Shown here: positions 48,279-56,142 of the stretch, one piece after another | Layout: each line of letters starts with the position of its first letter | Numbering within the stretch: the first letter of the stretch is position 1 | IMG/VR virus record: IMGVR_UViG_3300028591_000081 | Location: 1 to 64,000 of that record | Direction: 5' to 3' (one strand) | Length of the DNA stretch: 64,000 nt | From: a virus | Lineage: Duplodnaviria > Caudoviricetes | The notes under the pieces: generated by a model | Seen by the model: only the letters and a program-made list of their open reading frames with translations | The model's database searches: none | What the model was told of the DNA's origin: nothing | Position numbers and translations under genes: made by a program

Positions 48279-48670
48279 CGTCCATAAAGGCACCTAGAAG
48301 GCTCTCTGACGCATTCCTTGAACTCCATGTGGGGTAACTAGGGGTACCCCTAAAATCGCTATCAGAGGGCCTGTTTTGACCACTCTACGGACACGTTTGA
48401 ATTAGGAGTCCCATGCAACATACCCCACCAGAAGGGGAACAATTAGTCAAACCATGAAATTATTGGGAAATGCGCACAAAACCTAGCCAACACGCAACGT
48501 CAAAACGAAAGTCCGCATAAAACCTAGTTAAAACAAACTTCGTCCGTAGAAGCACCTAGAAGGCTCTCTACGCGATTTTAGGGGTACCCATGTGTACTGG
48601 GAAGGGGTACCCCTAAAATCGCTCTCAGAACGCAAATTTTTGGGCCTCTATGGACACGTTTGAATCAGGA
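48279..48670. repeat. Two imperfect ~130-bp direct repeats (48279-48407, 48541-48670) with internal dyad symmetry
   Basis: Shared blocks CACCTAGAAGGCTCTCT, GGGGTACCCCTAAAATCGCT, GGACACGTTTGAAT; perfect 18-bp IR 48572-48589/48605-48622. Confidence 0.85.
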
Positions 48671-48749
48671 TGGGAGGAGACGTGGATGGTACCCAACCAA
48701 AAGACTCCAAAAATTGGGTAGGTGAATTTCCGTGGGACAGCGTATGAGA

Positions 48750-49091
48750 ACTAAAGCATCAGGAATTGGCCGGGAACGGAACTCAAGGTTGCATTCTGGT
48801 AGGGGAATGAACAGGAAATTGAGCTAAAGCATCAGGAATTGGCTGGAAACAGAACTCAAGGTTGCATTCGAGTATGTCAAAATCCGCAGAAAATGAAACT
48901 AAAGCAGGAAATAGGGTCTCATGGAATGCAGTCTGAGTTTTGAATCCATTGGCAGGGAAATAGAGTCTCATGGAATGCAGTCTGAGATTCACAGGCATAG
49001 AACAGGAACTCAAGGTTGCATTCTGGTAGGGAGAGGTATGAGAACCAAAACTAAAGCATCCAGAGTAGGCATGGAACTCAAGGTTGCATTC
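48750..49091. repeat. Iteron-like repeat cluster
   Basis: GAACTCAAGGTTGCATTC at 48779, 48852, 49006, 49074; CTAAAGCA x4; GTCTCATGGAATGCAGTCTGAG x2. Confidence 0.85.
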
Positions 49092-49240
49092 CATTACAGG
49101 ACTTTCAGAATGATGGAATGTCAACAAACTCTAGCAATGATGAAGAAATTCTCAATTCAGGAACTCTCCAAAAATCACCCATATAATTATATCAACCCAC
49201 AAAAATTCAGATCCACCGCATAAATCCTAGAGATTTGATT

Positions 49241-49256
49241 TGGCACGGTTCTTGCA
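49241..49256 (+). promoter_or_regulatory. Sigma-54 (-24/-12) motif
   Basis: TGGCACGGTTCTTGCA matches TGGCACG-N4-TTGCW. Confidence 0.7.
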
Positions 49257-49291
49257 AAAATTACAATTAAGAAATGTGCTATTCACATTTC

Positions 49292-49313
49292 TAGGATGTA
49301 TATATACATCCTA
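49292..49313. repeat. Perfect 22-bp palindrome
   Basis: TAGGATGTATATATACATCCTA. Confidence 0.95.
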
Positions 49314-49331
49314 TACTGTAATAAATAATAA

Positions 49332-49347
49332 AGCAAGAACCGTGCCA
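49332..49347 (-). promoter_or_regulatory. Sigma-54 (-24/-12) motif, convergent with 49241
   Basis: Minus strand TGGCACGGTTCTTGCT. Confidence 0.7.
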
Positions 49348-49462
49348 AAATTATTTTGTAGAATTGGTGCGGGTTTAAGTCTATTTTTGTGATTGCTCAT
49401 TATTATTGATCACTTGGAGGTCTTTGAGGTTTTGTGTTGACTTCAGAAAGTTGCCTTGGTAC

Positions 49463-49496
49463 AAAAAAAGCCGGAAGAGTTCTTCCGGCTTTTTTT
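49463..49496. terminator. Bidirectional terminator at the right edge of the non-coding region
   Basis: AAAAAAAGCCGGAAGA-GT-TCTTCCGGCTTTTTTT. Confidence 0.8.
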
Positions 49497-49550
49497 GAGG
49501 CATTTGGGAGATGCCTCTGATAACACAGCTTTTGTAAAGGAGATCAAGCT

Positions 49551-50351
49551 ATGTTCGAGAGTTTAGATAACACACCTGCTTTGAAAGCACAACCTACTTC
49601 ACTAAATTTTTCCTTGGATGCTGATGGAAAGATCATCCGAGCTTTGATTGGAGATGGGTTTATTTTCCTGTGTTGTGAGGATTTGAACGAGGATTTTCGC
49701 AAATTTTCTCAGTATTTTACGGGTAGGAAGCTCAAGAAGTATGTGGAATCCACAATTAGCAGAGATGGGGAGTTTCTTGATACGCATGAAATTTCCCTAT
49801 TGTTGAAGCAACACTGGGTCTCCTGCTGGGAAAATTTTGAAGTTCCTCTGACCCCTGCCCAAAGAACCTGTCTGCTTCGAGAGAACCTCCGATTTGGATA
49901 CATGCTTTGTAAGGTGCATCAAGACCCAGAGAACGCTCCTGTGTGTACAGTCACTGACATCAAGTGTGGAAAGTCTTTTCATGTCTATGACTGGTTTGTC
50001 AAATCTGTGGAAAGCAACCGAATCTATGTCACAACACTTCAAATTCGGAAGTTCTGGCCTGTTGAAGTTGCAGAGCAGGTTTTGGCGTACAAGTCCACTT
50101 CCCTCAGTTCTTTGTCCTTTGCGCTTTCTTCCAAAGTGGCTGAGTATTACAAGAGTGTATCCTCGTTTTCCGACAAAGTGATGGCCAGATACTACTTGTT
50201 GCCATGCTCTAATCTTCCGGAATCTTACCGGAAGGAGTTCATGTCCAGCCCCTATTGTGGGGTCTACCCTTACTTCGTACTGCGTAAGATAGGTTTCCCG
50301 AAGAGTGCTTACCTTGAGCAAGTAATTGCAGACAACCACCTGAAGATCTGA
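49551..50351 (+). CDS. Hypothetical protein
   Basis: 266-aa ORF with RBS AAGGAG. Confidence 0.65.
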   Translation: MFESLDNTPALKAQPTSLNFSLDADGKIIRALIGDGFIFLCCEDLNEDFRKFSQYFTGRKLKKYVESTISRDGEFLDTHEISLLLKQHWVSCWENFEVPLTPAQRTCLLRENLRFGYMLCKVHQDPENAPVCTVTDIKCGKSFHVYDWFVKSVESNRIYVTTLQIRKFWPVEVAEQVLAYKSTSLSSLSFALSSKVAEYYKSVSSFSDKVMARYYLLPCSNLPESYRKEFMSSPYCGVYPYFVLRKIGFPKSAYLEQVIADNHLKI

Positions 50352-50367
50352 TGGAGGGATAACGGTC

Positions 50368-50808
50368 ATGTTCTCGCCCTATGTTCAAATGCATCGCAGT
50401 ATCATCCGGCTGGAAGGTCTCTTGAAGGCTGTTTCGAGTTTCTCCAGTCCTTTGTGTTCTCCATGGTCTCTGGATACTCAGGCGGATTACGTTAAGCAAT
50501 TCTTCATGTATGGTTCCTTTCCGGCCCCTTTCATCCTCGGGTATCCAGAGGGTTTGTCAGGGGAAGTTCTCGACGGCCACAAACGTCTGCACGCCATTAG
50601 GAACTTTATGGACAATCAGGTATTCTTGATGTCCGTTCCATTTGCCCCTGAACTGAACTGCAAGTACTATCGTGATATGCCCGAGGTCATTCAGAGGTAC
50701 TTTACCTATGCTTTGGTGGATGTGATGGAAGTTCATACTACGCATGTTGACGACCCGACGTATCAACAGCTTCGTGAGAGTTTCCGAGACCCTATGCTTA
50801 GGTTTTAA
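50368..50808 (+). CDS. DUF262/ParB-like domain protein
   Basis: W.....Y....G..P.P..L and EVLDGHKRL..I..F, resembling the DGQQR motif. Confidence 0.6.
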   Translation: MFSPYVQMHRSIIRLEGLLKAVSSFSSPLCSPWSLDTQADYVKQFFMYGSFPAPFILGYPEGLSGEVLDGHKRLHAIRNFMDNQVFLMSVPFAPELNCKYYRDMPEVIQRYFTYALVDVMEVHTTHVDDPTYQQLRESFRDPMLRF

Positions 50809-50814
50809 TGTCCC

Positions 50815-52836
50815 ATGGCTAATCTGCACGCTATCAGCAATGTTCTCAAGCAGTTACAGGTGAAGAAACCTGAACTCAAAGAGCCACTTGTACCCATACG
50901 TGACTGGGTACAAGACCCGTATTATGTCGGTGAGGGAGGGGTGTTCAAGTGGAACGACGGCGTGCCGACTGGCATCTACCCATACTACCAAGACTTCCTG
51001 TGTGACCTGTTTGAGTATGAGAACAAGTACGACATGGTGGTTATCTCCGGCGGCATCGGCGGCGGTAAGACTTCAGTCGGTCTATACTGCTTCATCCGCA
51101 AGCTCTATGAGCAGAGCGTGTACAACAACATTCAGGGACGCTACGGGCTTATGCCAACCTCCCCCATTGTTTTCCTGTACTTCTGTGCCGTATCCAAGTT
51201 CATGGCTATCCGACTTGGTAAACAGTTACGTGAAATTATTGACACCATCCCGTACTTTCGAGAGAAGTTCCCAAGGGATGAGCACATAGACTCTGAATTA
51301 CGTTTCCCGAACAATGTGTCGGTCTTGTTCGGTACTGGCGAAGGGGACATGATCGGTAACAACGTCATCGCCAGTATTATCGACGAGGCCAACTTCAAGG
51401 GAGATGCTACCGGCGATTCTGGCTCCCTTACCGAAATGCAGAAGATGCATCATGCGGTTCTTTCCAGACAAGCCTCGCGATTTTCGTTTGGCGGGAAGAA
51501 TTATGGCATGAACATCGTCATCTCCTCTGCCACGACGAGCAACTCCTATACGGAATACTTGTTCAAGAAAGCACAGGAGGATCCACGATCCAAGGCAATC
51601 AATGTTCGCACTTGGGAAGTGAAGCCTTGGGCACACAAGAAGGAACGGTTTTATGTGTTCTGCGGGAATGAGAAGTACGAACCCTTTGTGATGGACAGCC
51701 CTCAGAAAATCGAGAGTCAGCTCAACCTTCCTGTCGATCACAGCAAGACTCTTTCTGAAATCGTGAAAGAGCTTCCTCAGGACATCCGTCGTCTGGTGGA
51801 TGAGGTTCCGGTGGATAGGAAGGACGACTATGAGCGAGACATTTACTTAGCTCTTCGAGACATCTCTGGAGTGTCTGTGTATGCGCAGGGTAAGCTGTTT
51901 CAGGACAAGCACGTGTTCGACCAGTGTATCGACAGCTCTATTCCTGTCTTGTTCAGTAAGAACGAATTCTCCATTGAGACCAACAACGACTCGCCAACGA
52001 ACTGCATTCAGTACTATCTGGAGCGTTCCTTTGTAGATCCAGACAGGCCACGCTTCATCCACATCGACTTAGGTCTGACGAATGACGCCACAGGTATCGC
52101 CTGTTGTTACAAATCCGGGGAAACCGTGGCCGACGGTGTGCGAACACCCATCTACACCTTCGATTTCTCGTTACGAATCGTCCCGCCGCCACTTCCACGT
52201 AAGATTTCCATTGCCCGTGTCAACGAGTTCATCATGTTCTTGTCGAAGCGGTTGCACATCGGAATGGTGTCAATGGATCAGTTTCAAAGCTCGTCGAGCT
52301 TGCAGTTCTTTGAAGAGAACCGCATCCCATGCCGCTACCAGAGTGTTGACCGAACCGATAAGGCGTATCTGTTCTTCGTGGACTGTATGTACCGGAAGAT
52401 CGTCAAGTTCCCGTCAGACTTTGCGGAGGCGATAAAGCACGAGCTGTTCAATCTGGACTGGAATAGGGATAAACACAAAGTGGATCACCCGAGTGATACG
52501 GCGCACGGCGGCATGAAAGATCGTATGGATGCCGTCGTGGGTGCACTTTACAATGCTTACGAAATCCAGACACCGTCGTATAATCCGCAGGACTTGCTTA
52601 CCCTCGCCATGCATAACCCTATTGAACACATCTCGTGGCGCGACGAGAACCACTATGGGACATCATCAGATCCTCAGAAGGATACAATGCCTCAGGAATT
52701 TGTTACCTCATGTGCAGACGAGAGGGAACTGCTTTCCATTCCTCTGACCCCTACTGTGAAAGACGACATGACTGAAGTCAACCGAAGCATGATTGATTGG
52801 GACAGCGTCATGCATCCGAAGGGTTCTGAGGAGTAG
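50815..52836 (+). CDS. terL: Terminase large subunit
   Basis: Walker A GGIGGGKT, Walker B IIDEANF, motif III ISSA, nuclease IHIDLG...DATG and KD..DAV.G. Confidence 0.85.
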   Translation: MANLHAISNVLKQLQVKKPELKEPLVPIRDWVQDPYYVGEGGVFKWNDGVPTGIYPYYQDFLCDLFEYENKYDMVVISGGIGGGKTSVGLYCFIRKLYEQSVYNNIQGRYGLMPTSPIVFLYFCAVSKFMAIRLGKQLREIIDTIPYFREKFPRDEHIDSELRFPNNVSVLFGTGEGDMIGNNVIASIIDEANFKGDATGDSGSLTEMQKMHHAVLSRQASRFSFGGKNYGMNIVISSATTSNSYTEYLFKKAQEDPRSKAINVRTWEVKPWAHKKERFYVFCGNEKYEPFVMDSPQKIESQLNLPVDHSKTLSEIVKELPQDIRRLVDEVPVDRKDDYERDIYLALRDISGVSVYAQGKLFQDKHVFDQCIDSSIPVLFSKNEFSIETNNDSPTNCIQYYLERSFVDPDRPRFIHIDLGLTNDATGIACCYKSGETVADGVRTPIYTFDFSLRIVPPPLPRKISIARVNEFIMFLSKRLHIGMVSMDQFQSSSSLQFFEENRIPCRYQSVDRTDKAYLFFVDCMYRKIVKFPSDFAEAIKHELFNLDWNRDKHKVDHPSDTAHGGMKDRMDAVVGALYNAYEIQTPSYNPQDLLTLAMHNPIEHISWRDENHYGTSSDPQKDTMPQEFVTSCADERELLSIPLTPTVKDDMTEVNRSMIDWDSVMHPKGSEE

Positions 52837-52969
52837 TCTTGGCCTTTTTATCTCTACGTTTTCGGATGTAAATAATGAGGTCGTGGATACCAGACAGAAT
52901 CAGAAGGAAAAGCGCAATCCCTAGTAAGGTGGTGATGATGTTGAGGACTAAGGGGTTTGCTGTTGTCAT
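52808..52969 (-). CDS. Small membrane protein (53 aa), not in ORF track
   Basis: RBS GGAGGAG; MTTANPLVLNIITTLLGIALFLLILSGIHDLIIYIRKRRDKK... Confidence 0.6.
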   Translation of the reverse strand: MTTANPLVLNIITTLLGIALFLLILSGIHDLIIYIRKRRDKKAKTTPQNPSDA

Positions 52970-53057
52970 AGGCTCCTCCGTTCAGATACAAAATACCCCT
53001 CCATATACGCCATAGCTTTGAGGCGGGAGGGGTCTGGTGATCCGTTAGATACCGGCA

Positions 53058-53798
53058 CTACATCTTGAGGATGGTTTTGAGGACGGTCTCTGGCTTGGTA
53101 CCTTTATCGGCATGGATGATCTTGATGCGGTGTTTGCTCATGTATGTCGCCCGTTCCTTTTCTTTTTTCTCATCATACCATCGGTGAGTCTCCTCATCGA
53201 ACTCTACGGCACACATGAACTTCTCATTACGGTTGAACACGGCCATGTCCAGCCTGTATATCGAGACCGGGTATTGTCGTTGAATGGTGTATCCGAACTC
53301 GCCTAGCATACTAGCGAGTCTCTCACAGAAGTGCGTCTCGGGTCTCGACGGGCAGATGATGGATTTGTCGATTCCAAGAGTGGTGCATAGGGCTTTCTTT
53401 ACCCGTTCAGAGGTCATGGTGTTATGCGCCATTACGAAAAGAATTCCATCCAGCGTCAGGAATCTGGTACGCGTCGTGATGTGCATGGTGGGGTCGTCTA
53501 CTAGACTGGAAAGGGTCTTCAGGAACCATTCGTACTCGTCTGGCTCGTTCCCGAAGTCTATGGCGTCCAGCATGTAGATGCGATACAGGTCTTGTGCAGT
53601 AAGGAGAAATCCACTGTCCTTGAGCAGGGTGTGTAGGTTCTGTGGGGCGCGGTACCCTAGGATTTGTGCCACATTGTTGATGGAGTAACACACTTGCTCA
53701 GAGATGAGTATCTCGAACAGATACAGTGAATCGAACCCTTGGATGCGTTTTCTGTGGAACTCTACGGCCCCGTTGTATGCTTTGTATGTGTACTGCAT
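53058..53798 (-). CDS. BRO-like DNA-binding domain fused to DUF559/Vsr-like endonuclease
   Basis: VAQILGY..P; C-terminal E..F...L...RQY.V..YRLD....AVEFDE..H. Confidence 0.7.
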   Translation of the reverse strand: MQYTYKAYNGAVEFHRKRIQGFDSLYLFEILISEQVCYSINNVAQILGYRAPQNLHTLLKDSGFLLTAQDLYRIYMLDAIDFGNEPDEYEWFLKTLSSLVDDPTMHITTRTRFLTLDGILFVMAHNTMTSERVKKALCTTLGIDKSIICPSRPETHFCERLASMLGEFGYTIQRQYPVSIYRLDMAVFNRNEKFMCAVEFDEETHRWYDEKKEKERATYMSKHRIKIIHADKGTKPETVLKTILKM

Positions 53799-53808
53799 GA
53801 TCTTCCCT

Positions 53809-53851
53809 TATGGTGCTGAATTCTAAAAAGTACCTAGGGATGTGATATGTT
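53809..53851 (+). promoter_or_regulatory. Box promoter (before the thyX/nrdDG operon)
   Basis: TATGGTGCTGAA-N20-TGTGATATGTT. Confidence 0.75.
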
Positions 53852-53912
53852 TGTCGTGTCTCACAGGGGTGGGACATATCGGCAATGGGGCCGCTGGTTT
53901 TGGAGATGTACA

Positions 53913-55340
53913 ATGACGTGCAAGACAAATTTGAAAGACCGCAAGATTTTCCTGACATGGGGAGAGCTTTTTGAGCATCTTGGGATCCAGTTTATCAGTG
54001 TCCGTTATGATGCGGATGTGAAGGATGTTCTGAAATCGCTTCGTACTCAGTACAGCATGACATATTCAGCAATCTCTGATAAGATTTTTGACCGTGTTGT
54101 CAAAGCCTACAAGGGACGCTCTGTGTTTGAGCAGTTGTCGGCTCTGGGTTCCTCTCTTCAGGAACACGGGCTTCGTCTGTGTTACAAGAGGTCGCAGGAA
54201 TCTTACTTGGTATGGATAATGAAGTTTGACAATACTCAGGATTATCTGTCCTTCTGGAAAGACTATTTAACGCGCCGACAGTTCTTTGAAAACATTGACA
54301 CATTCATGTTACCTAAGGGAACTTCCCTTGAGTCCCCGGGATACGACCTCAGTCCTCGTTTGATCGACAAGACGTGGCAGGTGCGAACCCCGTCGTGGAA
54401 AAAGAATAAGGTTATTCCGAGCTACGTTTTGTCTCGCGATGGAAAGTCGTTTCTATGTGTTCCTTACTATGTAACCGAATGGGACTGTCAAAGGAAATAC
54501 TTGCATGTGTTTGACATGGACAACCTTGATGCTGGGGAAATCGAGGATGCCAAATTCTATTGCTCTCAGGCCATGCTTGAGCCTTATAAGTTGGTCATCC
54601 CTGTCGATGGTAAAGAGTATGTGTTTCTTGGAAGCGACCTTGGTAGTGCCAACAGTTGGAAGCTGACCAAGATTGATGACCTTGACCGTCACATTCCTGT
54701 GTACACTCGTGACAGTGACGATGAGGTGTTGGAAGACCTGTTCCCTCAGGTACGTTCCTTAACTAAGAAGAGGGGTTCCGAGGATGCGTGCAACTGGTCA
54801 AGGATCTTCGAGACTGCGAGATACGCGTATTATCACAACCACGGAGACGTATTACGGTATGATCGGGAATCTCGCAAATTTGAACGTACCAGAATCAACT
54901 TCTTTGGATTCACCTCTGAGAATGTGTTCGGATTCACCGTACATGGTCAGGAATGGATGGTTATCGGATATCCAAGTCATTCGAAACTGACATTAGACTT
55001 TGTTTTGTGGAATCCAGAGACCGGGGAGTGTTATACAGGTGCGGAACTGCATGAGATCGGTAGCGTGTCTTATGAACAATTCTTTGTGTATGGGGAGCGT
55101 CTGTACGCACTTCTCGGAGACGGTCGTCTTTGCAGGTATCATCGGTTTGAGGATTTAATCGACACCTTCCGTCATACCTGTCGTGAAGTTAAACTGGATG
55201 CAGGGGAGTGGGTTCCTGAAGTCAAAAAATCCTTCAAGGTGAGTCCGTTCGCACAGTTGTCGGTCAGTACACAGTTCCGGGCGCGTTCCATTTCCTTTGA
55301 AGATGGTACCTCACTGGAACTCGAAGTTAGCAATGGGTAA
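53913..55340 (+). CDS. Hypothetical protein
   Basis: Long ORF after a box promoter, RBS GGAG. Confidence 0.65.
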   Translation: MTCKTNLKDRKIFLTWGELFEHLGIQFISVRYDADVKDVLKSLRTQYSMTYSAISDKIFDRVVKAYKGRSVFEQLSALGSSLQEHGLRLCYKRSQESYLVWIMKFDNTQDYLSFWKDYLTRRQFFENIDTFMLPKGTSLESPGYDLSPRLIDKTWQVRTPSWKKNKVIPSYVLSRDGKSFLCVPYYVTEWDCQRKYLHVFDMDNLDAGEIEDAKFYCSQAMLEPYKLVIPVDGKEYVFLGSDLGSANSWKLTKIDDLDRHIPVYTRDSDDEVLEDLFPQVRSLTKKRGSEDACNWSRIFETARYAYYHNHGDVLRYDRESRKFERTRINFFGFTSENVFGFTVHGQEWMVIGYPSHSKLTLDFVLWNPETGECYTGAELHEIGSVSYEQFFVYGERLYALLGDGRLCRYHRFEDLIDTFRHTCREVKLDAGEWVPEVKKSFKVSPFAQLSVSTQFRARSISFEDGTSLELEVSNG

Positions 55341-55352
55341 GGAGTTTGGAAT

Positions 55353-56051
55353 ATGGGTGAGCAAGGTTGTAATGTTGACAAGGGTTCGGAAGCGTGTCCG
55401 TCTATCCGTATCGTGGAACCTTCGTGGGAAGTTCTTACGCCTCTGGATGGAGATAGGATACTCAAGTCTATTGAGGCAGTGGGCCGAACCTGTTATCAGT
55501 CAGCAAGGAATACCACAGAGGATTCCTGTTATCGTTTCGTGAAGATGCTCATAGAACGTGGCCATGAGGCGATGATTGAACATGAAATCGTCACGGTGCG
55601 ATTTCATGTGGACAGGGCTATCCAGAATGAACTCGTCCGGCACAGACTTTCCAGCTTTGCCGTCGAGTCTACCCGATTTGTCAATTACAGCTTGGAGAAG
55701 AATGGTCACAGCATATCGGTTATACTGCCTCCGGGAATCAAAAAGGGTACATGTGAGTATGACATGTGGGTAAAAGCCATGCAGACAAGTTCCGATATGT
55801 ACTTTGAATTATTAAAGACCGGGCGGCCAGAGATCGCACGCAGTGTGCTTCCACTGGCATTGAAGACGGAAATCGTGATGACGGCAAACTTACGGCAATG
55901 GCGAAACGTGTTCAGGCTTCGTTGCGACAGGGCGGCACATCCACAGATGCGTCAGGTGATGTTGCCTCTGTTATCGTATCTCAAAAAGCAGATTCCTGTC
56001 GTCTTTGATGATCTTGATTATCCAGAAGAGCTAGAACAATCCACGGTCTGA
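55353..56051 (+). CDS. thyX: Flavin-dependent thymidylate synthase
   Basis: GHEAMIEH, ELVRHRLSSFAVESTR, ARSVLP, AHPQMR. Confidence 0.95.
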   Translation: MGEQGCNVDKGSEACPSIRIVEPSWEVLTPLDGDRILKSIEAVGRTCYQSARNTTEDSCYRFVKMLIERGHEAMIEHEIVTVRFHVDRAIQNELVRHRLSSFAVESTRFVNYSLEKNGHSISVILPPGIKKGTCEYDMWVKAMQTSSDMYFELLKTGRPEIARSVLPLALKTEIVMTANLRQWRNVFRLRCDRAAHPQMRQVMLPLLSYLKKQIPVVFDDLDYPEELEQSTV

Positions 56052-56142
56052 ACGTTATACTCCAAAGTGAATGTCAGCATGAGGGCCGGTAGAAATACCG
56101 GCTTTTGTTTACCCCTTCAATCTTAGTCGATGGAGTGTTCGT

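Noticed and set aside
48750-49091. Possible CRISPR mini-array
   Set aside because: Repeats are only 18 bp, irregularly spaced and partly inverted, and the intervening sequences resemble each other; no cas genes seen
48783-49223. ORFs across the repeat cluster
   Set aside because: Translations simply mirror the DNA repeats; no RBS
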